Assembly (NCBI GenBank): GCA_020348925.1
Contig: CP070758.1
Location: 2,619,688-2,683,687, forward strand
Reading direction: 5' to 3'
Source: Gemmatimonadota bacterium
Lineage (GTDB): Bacteria > JBHIER01 > G020348925
DNA length: 64,000 bases
Shown: one piece after another, positions 60,283 through 64,000 of the stretch
Layout of the letters: every line of letters begins with the position of its first letter
Position numbering within the stretch: position 1 is the first letter of the stretch
Made by a program: the position numbers and the translations under genes
The notes under the pieces: model-generated
Told to the model about the DNA's origin: nothing
Seen by the model: only the letters and a program-made list of their open reading frames with translations
Database searches by the model: none

Positions 60283-61773
60283 TCATTTATTTTTGATCTC
60301 GTACTTTTCCGGTGCATCGGAGGGTACGATGATTTCGGACGCTTCCGCCACAACGTTCTGCTTTGGGTCATACAGAACGGCACCGCGACCGATGAAGAGG
60401 TGCTCCTTACTATGAAGCTGAATGTCACCTATGAGGATCCACTTGCCCTCCTTCCCCGGAATCTCGGCTTTGGCGCGACCGTATTCAACGACTGATCCCT
60501 GCACCGCTCCAAGCATCTCCTCCGGGTTCCAGGATTGCCGGGACGAATGGACGAGGGCTCCAAATACGTTCGTGAACTTCGTGTGATAAACAGGCTCCTC
60601 CGAGACGTCCAGAGGTTCCTCGAGTGATTCGAACTGCAGCACCAGGATGGCAACGTCCTCGCCATACCGCATTGCCATCAGCTGACCGTGGTCCTCGTTT
60701 ACGGCGAAATCCTTCAAGTGCTCCTTATTTCGATACGTGTCGAAGAAACTCACCGTTCCTTGAACTCGGAAGTAATCCTTCTTGATAGCATCTTCGGGAA
60801 TCTCTACCTTGAATCCCCGAAGGTTGTGCGTGACGTGCAGAGATAATCCCTGTGAGCGCAAGATCCGCTGGGATTCGATGCCGCCGATCAATCCCATGGT
60901 GAACTTGACGTCGGAAAGCTTCCCGTTAAAGAGTTTCTTAATCTCTTTTTCGACCTTCTTACTGCCGGGAGAACGGAGAGCGGGAAAATCATACACGTGT
61001 AATGTGCCCTCCTGTATGAGATGGCGATCCTTCTTGAGACGGGCGGTGTAGCCGTAGTAGTTCAGTTGAACCGGGATCGACTCCATTTGGATTTGTTTCT
61101 GCCATAAGGCCGCCTCTTTTCGGACGGATTCGTCGGGATCTGAGGTCTCCACGCGATGCAGGATGGATAGTCCCGCCTGTCCGTGATACGCTCCGAGAAG
61201 AAACAATGCTTGTTTACGGATCGCCGCATCGTCCTGAGTATTCAAAACGTCCTCAATCAAAGGCAGGGCCGCCTCAGGTTCCAGATCGGTCAGTGCTTCG
61301 AGCGCGGCCATCAACAAGTCCGGATCTCCCCCGTCCTGATCCGAGACGACCTCTTCAATATATTTCTTATACTGCATCCGTCCCAGCAGGGCGAGCGCAG
61401 ACGCAATTTTGATCCTGAGTACCTTGGCGTCGTCCTGCCAAATGCTGTCGGGATGGCGCTCGAAGAGACTATTGAGATTCTCAATGGCACGTTCTTTCAA
61501 CCGGACCATGTCGTCTGCCTGTTTTACTTCATCAGAGAGTTGATTCAAGCTTCGAGCCAGCCAGTAGTACGCTTCCGCCTCAAACTGGCCTGAGGGGTAT
61601 CGGTTCAAATATTCCTCAAGTCTGGAGCGGGCCTGTTCCCATTTTCGTTCGAAAGCGAACTCTTTGGCCTTGAGGAAGAATTCTGTTTCCGTATCGCCGT
61701 AATAAGATCCGGCGAGGGATACACTGTTGAGTAGTAAGATGAGTCCGGCCGTTAGGAATAGTATGCTTCTCAT
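60283..61773 (-). CDS. Secreted TPR/HEAT-repeat protein
   Basis: Signal peptide; YP...EAYYWLA TPR; HEAT repeats IRKQALFLLG, DPDESVRKEA. Confidence 0.75.
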   Translation of the reverse strand: MRSILFLTAGLILLLNSVSLAGSYYGDTETEFFLKAKEFAFERKWEQARSRLEEYLNRYPSGQFEAEAYYWLARSLNQLSDEVKQADDMVRLKERAIENLNSLFERHPDSIWQDDAKVLRIKIASALALLGRMQYKKYIEEVVSDQDGGDPDLLMAALEALTDLEPEAALPLIEDVLNTQDDAAIRKQALFLLGAYHGQAGLSILHRVETSDPDESVRKEAALWQKQIQMESIPVQLNYYGYTARLKKDRHLIQEGTLHVYDFPALRSPGSKKVEKEIKKLFNGKLSDVKFTMGLIGGIESQRILRSQGLSLHVTHNLRGFKVEIPEDAIKKDYFRVQGTVSFFDTYRNKEHLKDFAVNEDHGQLMAMRYGEDVAILVLQFESLEEPLDVSEEPVYHTKFTNVFGALVHSSRQSWNPEEMLGAVQGSVVEYGRAKAEIPGKEGKWILIGDIQLHSKEHLFIGRGAVLYDPKQNVVAEASEIIVPSDAPEKYEIKNK

Positions 61774-61878
61774 TTTCGCCCTCCATTTTAATAGGAATAG
61801 TATGTTTCTCATTTTCGCCCTCCATTTTTATAGGAATAGTATGCTTCTCATTTTCGCCCTCCATTTTAATAGGAATAG
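61753..61878. repeat. 39-bp tandem repeat (3 units plus a partial) covering RBS and start codon
   Basis: TAGGAATAGTATGCTTCTCATTTTCGCCCTCCATTTTAA at 61753, 61792 (2 substitutions), 61831, 61870 (partial). Confidence 0.92.
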
Positions 61879-61978
61879 NNNNNNNNNNNNNNNNNNNNNN
61901 NNNNNNNNNNNNNNNNNNNNNNNNNNNNNNNNNNNNNNNNNNNNNNNNNNNNNNNNNNNNNNNNNNNNNNNNNNNNNN

Positions 61979-62450
61979 AAATATCCTGACCAGCGAGGCT
62001 TTAACTCTTTGGCTACCTCTACGGTGGACTTGCAGTTGGCACCCAAAGCATTGATGATCTGGAAAATGTGATATGCTTTCATTCCAAGTTGTCGACCAAT
62101 TGCTCGATAACTGGCCTCACTGTCATAATAGAGTTCACAGGCTTTGATCTGGAGAGAAAAATTGACGGGTTTGATTTTTGTGGGAGTAAATGATTTGTTA
62201 CAGTCCTTACAGAGCCAACGTCGGTACGTTCGGATCCTCTTCCCGGATGAAGTCCTTACCTTTCTCTTGCGCCGATCGTGTAGCTTCGCTCGTTTGCCAC
62301 TGCAAAACGCACACGGTTTTCTTCGCATAATAGACCTCCTTAGCGCGTTCAACGCACTAAAACTAGAAGATCTATTACGCAATCCCTCTCACAACAAAAT
62401 GTTACATGTATCTATCCATCAAAAAAACACCCAATTCTGGATACGCTCTC
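61979..62450 (-). mobile_element. Left part of an insertion sequence; transposase N-terminus 62328 to gap (Zn-finger + HTH; IS256- or IS1-like)
   Basis: CAFC..RWLCKDC..SFT, SYRAIGRQL HTH; RBS AGGAGG; possible terminal repeat GAGAGCGTATCCAGAATTGGGTGT near 62450. Confidence 0.65.
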
Positions 62451-62465
62451 CAAAATTTATAGAAA

Positions 62466-64000
62466 TCAAGGCACACACTCTCCTGTGCCCAGGAGTACGT
62501 TCACGATACCTAAAGCATCTATAATGTTTACCTGAGCGTCTCCATTGCAATCTGCCCATGGGAGAGCGTCTCCTGGTAATGGATCGATTCCCAAAATATG
62601 GTTGACCACTGCCAGTACATCCAGGATGTTGATCTCACCGTCGAAATTTACATCCCCATTCATGCCGGTATATTCTTCAAAGGTCAGGCAATATTCTTTT
62701 GTTTCGATAGCTCCCAGATCGTCTTGCACTTGAATGGTAAAACAGAATGTACCAAATTCCTGCGGTTTTCCTGAAATAGAACCCATGACCGTATCATGAG
62801 TCAATCCCAATGGCAGCTCACCCTCAACAAGGGTCCACGAATAAGGGAGGACTCCCCCTGATGCTATCAGGTATTCTTCGTAGTAAAATTTTTCAGAACC
62901 ATCCGGTAGTTGTTCAGTCGTGATACCTAGAGGACCGCACCCGCTGATCTTGAAAGTTCTTTCACACACGCCACAGTTTTCAATGTTTTCGGGATCACAG
63001 ATTCTGACAAGGCAATCGATGGAAGGTGTATCGGGAATGGTCCAGGGATATGAACCATCATCAGGAGTACTCTCGGTGACCGGTTCCCAGTCGGTTCCAC
63101 CATTGGTCGAATACTCGATGATCACATTTCCGCTGGTAAAGCATGAGCTCCATGTGATCTCATGGTCTTCTACCGCACACCAGCTCTCCCCACCGTTCGG
63201 TGAAGCAATATCGACATAAGCATTCCCCAGAACGGTCAGACCTGAATCTCTATCGGCAACATATATATAACATCCATATAAAGCTACCCCCCAGGCTTGG
63301 CCCGGTGTATCGTAGGTCTCGATCAACGTTGGCGAAGCCGGATCAGAGATGTCGATGATCTGAATGCCGATCTGATCGCGAGCCATACAGGCAAAATCAC
63401 CGACCACGGCTACAGTAAAGTTATTTTGCCAATCCTCATAGTACCCGCCAAGAGTCGGCGAAGTCGGATCGCTGATGTCGATGATATAAAGCCCTGAGTA
63501 ATCGGCCACATAGGCGTAGTTTCCAACCACCTCTACATCGTTGGCCGCGTGGGTCTCGAAGCTTCCGGCCGGGGTTGGCGAAGCTGGATCGATAATATCG
63601 ATGATCTGTAGGCCCCCTTCCCAGTCCGCTACGTATGCGTAATTTCCAACCACGTCCAAACCCTGTGCCGCGTCCTGGGTATACATACCGCCCATCAGGG
63701 TTGGGGAAGTCGGGTTTGAAATATCGATGATCATCAGTCCAGCATTCTGAGCTCCCACATATGCATACTCACCGACCACATCCACACCATTGGCATTGTC
63801 CGGTGTAACGTAGCTTCCAGTCAACGTTGGCGTGGTCGGGTCCGAGATGTCGATGATCTTGAAACCATTATTCCCGGCAGCGCAATATGCATAGGATCCA
63901 ACAATGGTAACATCATAGATGTAATCCCCAGTATAGGACCCGGTCAGCGATGGAGAGCCGGGATCGGAGATATCGATGACAGAAAAACTATATGCGCCTA
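62466..64000 (-). CDS. LVIVD-repeat protein + Ig-like module + putative Ig (He_PIG-like) + dockerin, no CTD; 5' end outside window
   Basis: Repeated V.VVG.YAYVAD..GL.IIDISDP.SP; ASGGVLPYSW....G.LP.GL; GDVNFDGEINILD/ADCNGDAQVNIID. Confidence 0.9.
   Translation of the reverse strand, partial: GAYSFSVIDISDPGSPSLTGSYTGDYIYDVTIVGSYAYCAAGNNGFKIIDISDPTTPTLTGSYVTPDNANGVDVVGEYAYVGAQNAGLMIIDISNPTSPTLMGGMYTQDAAQGLDVVGNYAYVADWEGGLQIIDIIDPASPTPAGSFETHAANDVEVVGNYAYVADYSGLYIIDISDPTSPTLGGYYEDWQNNFTVAVVGDFACMARDQIGIQIIDISDPASPTLIETYDTPGQAWGVALYGCYIYVADRDSGLTVLGNAYVDIASPNGGESWCAVEDHEITWSSCFTSGNVIIEYSTNGGTDWEPVTESTPDDGSYPWTIPDTPSIDCLVRICDPENIENCGVCERTFKISGCGPLGITTEQLPDGSEKFYYEEYLIASGGVLPYSWTLVEGELPLGLTHDTVMGSISGKPQEFGTFCFTIQVQDDLGAIETKEYCLTFEEYTGMNGDVNFDGEINILDVLAVVNHILGIDPLPGDALPWADCNGDAQVNIIDALGIVNVLLGTGECVP

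Noticed and set aside
61753-61878. CRISPR array
   Set aside because: Units are head-to-tail with no spacers, and no cas genes are visible
1-64000. Genome-wide UGA reassignment (code 4 or 25)
   Set aside because: Many complete genes end properly at TGA (mnmA, CTD genes, AOR cluster ATGA overlaps) and Trp is encoded by TGG
1-64000. tRNA or rRNA genes, including selC
   Set aside because: None recognised by eye; Sec machinery would have to lie outside this window

Overview
Draft bacterial genome or MAG window broken by seven 100-N gaps (16927-17026, 19801-19900, 22873-22972, 41049-41148, 48256-48355, 57884-57983, 61879-61978). Genes are cut at the gaps and are unrelated across them, so I treat the window as eight contigs whose order is unreliable. 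The organism looks like an anaerobic diderm with many secreted proteins ending in a YPNPFNP...W(D)...(S/T)G(V/I)YF...K/R FlgD-Ig/T9SS-type-A-like C-terminal domain (CTD); an FCB-related candidate phylum is my inference. Metabolic blocks: Rrf2-cysK-nifS-(pncB pseudogene)-nifU-mnmA; a tungsten aldehyde oxidoreductase cluster (two AOR-family subunits, two 4Fe-4S subunits, DmsC-like anchor, MoeB/MoaD/MobB, ferredoxin, acyl-CoA dehydratase activase); lipA; queH; an HcpR-like regulator with two TTGAC-N4-GTCAA boxes. Main result: an apparently non-cellulolytic cohesin-dockerin system. Four clustered scaffoldin-like genes carry about 8 cohesin-like modules, and at least 8 genes carry dockerins on redox, beta-propeller or unknown cargo. 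Two dockerin genes contain an in-frame TGA followed by a SECIS-like hairpin with the same 17-nt spacing: a UxxC redoxin and a five-blade propeller with CPGGU. Both are candidate secreted, scaffold-docked selenoproteins. All domain calls are by eye, with no database searches.
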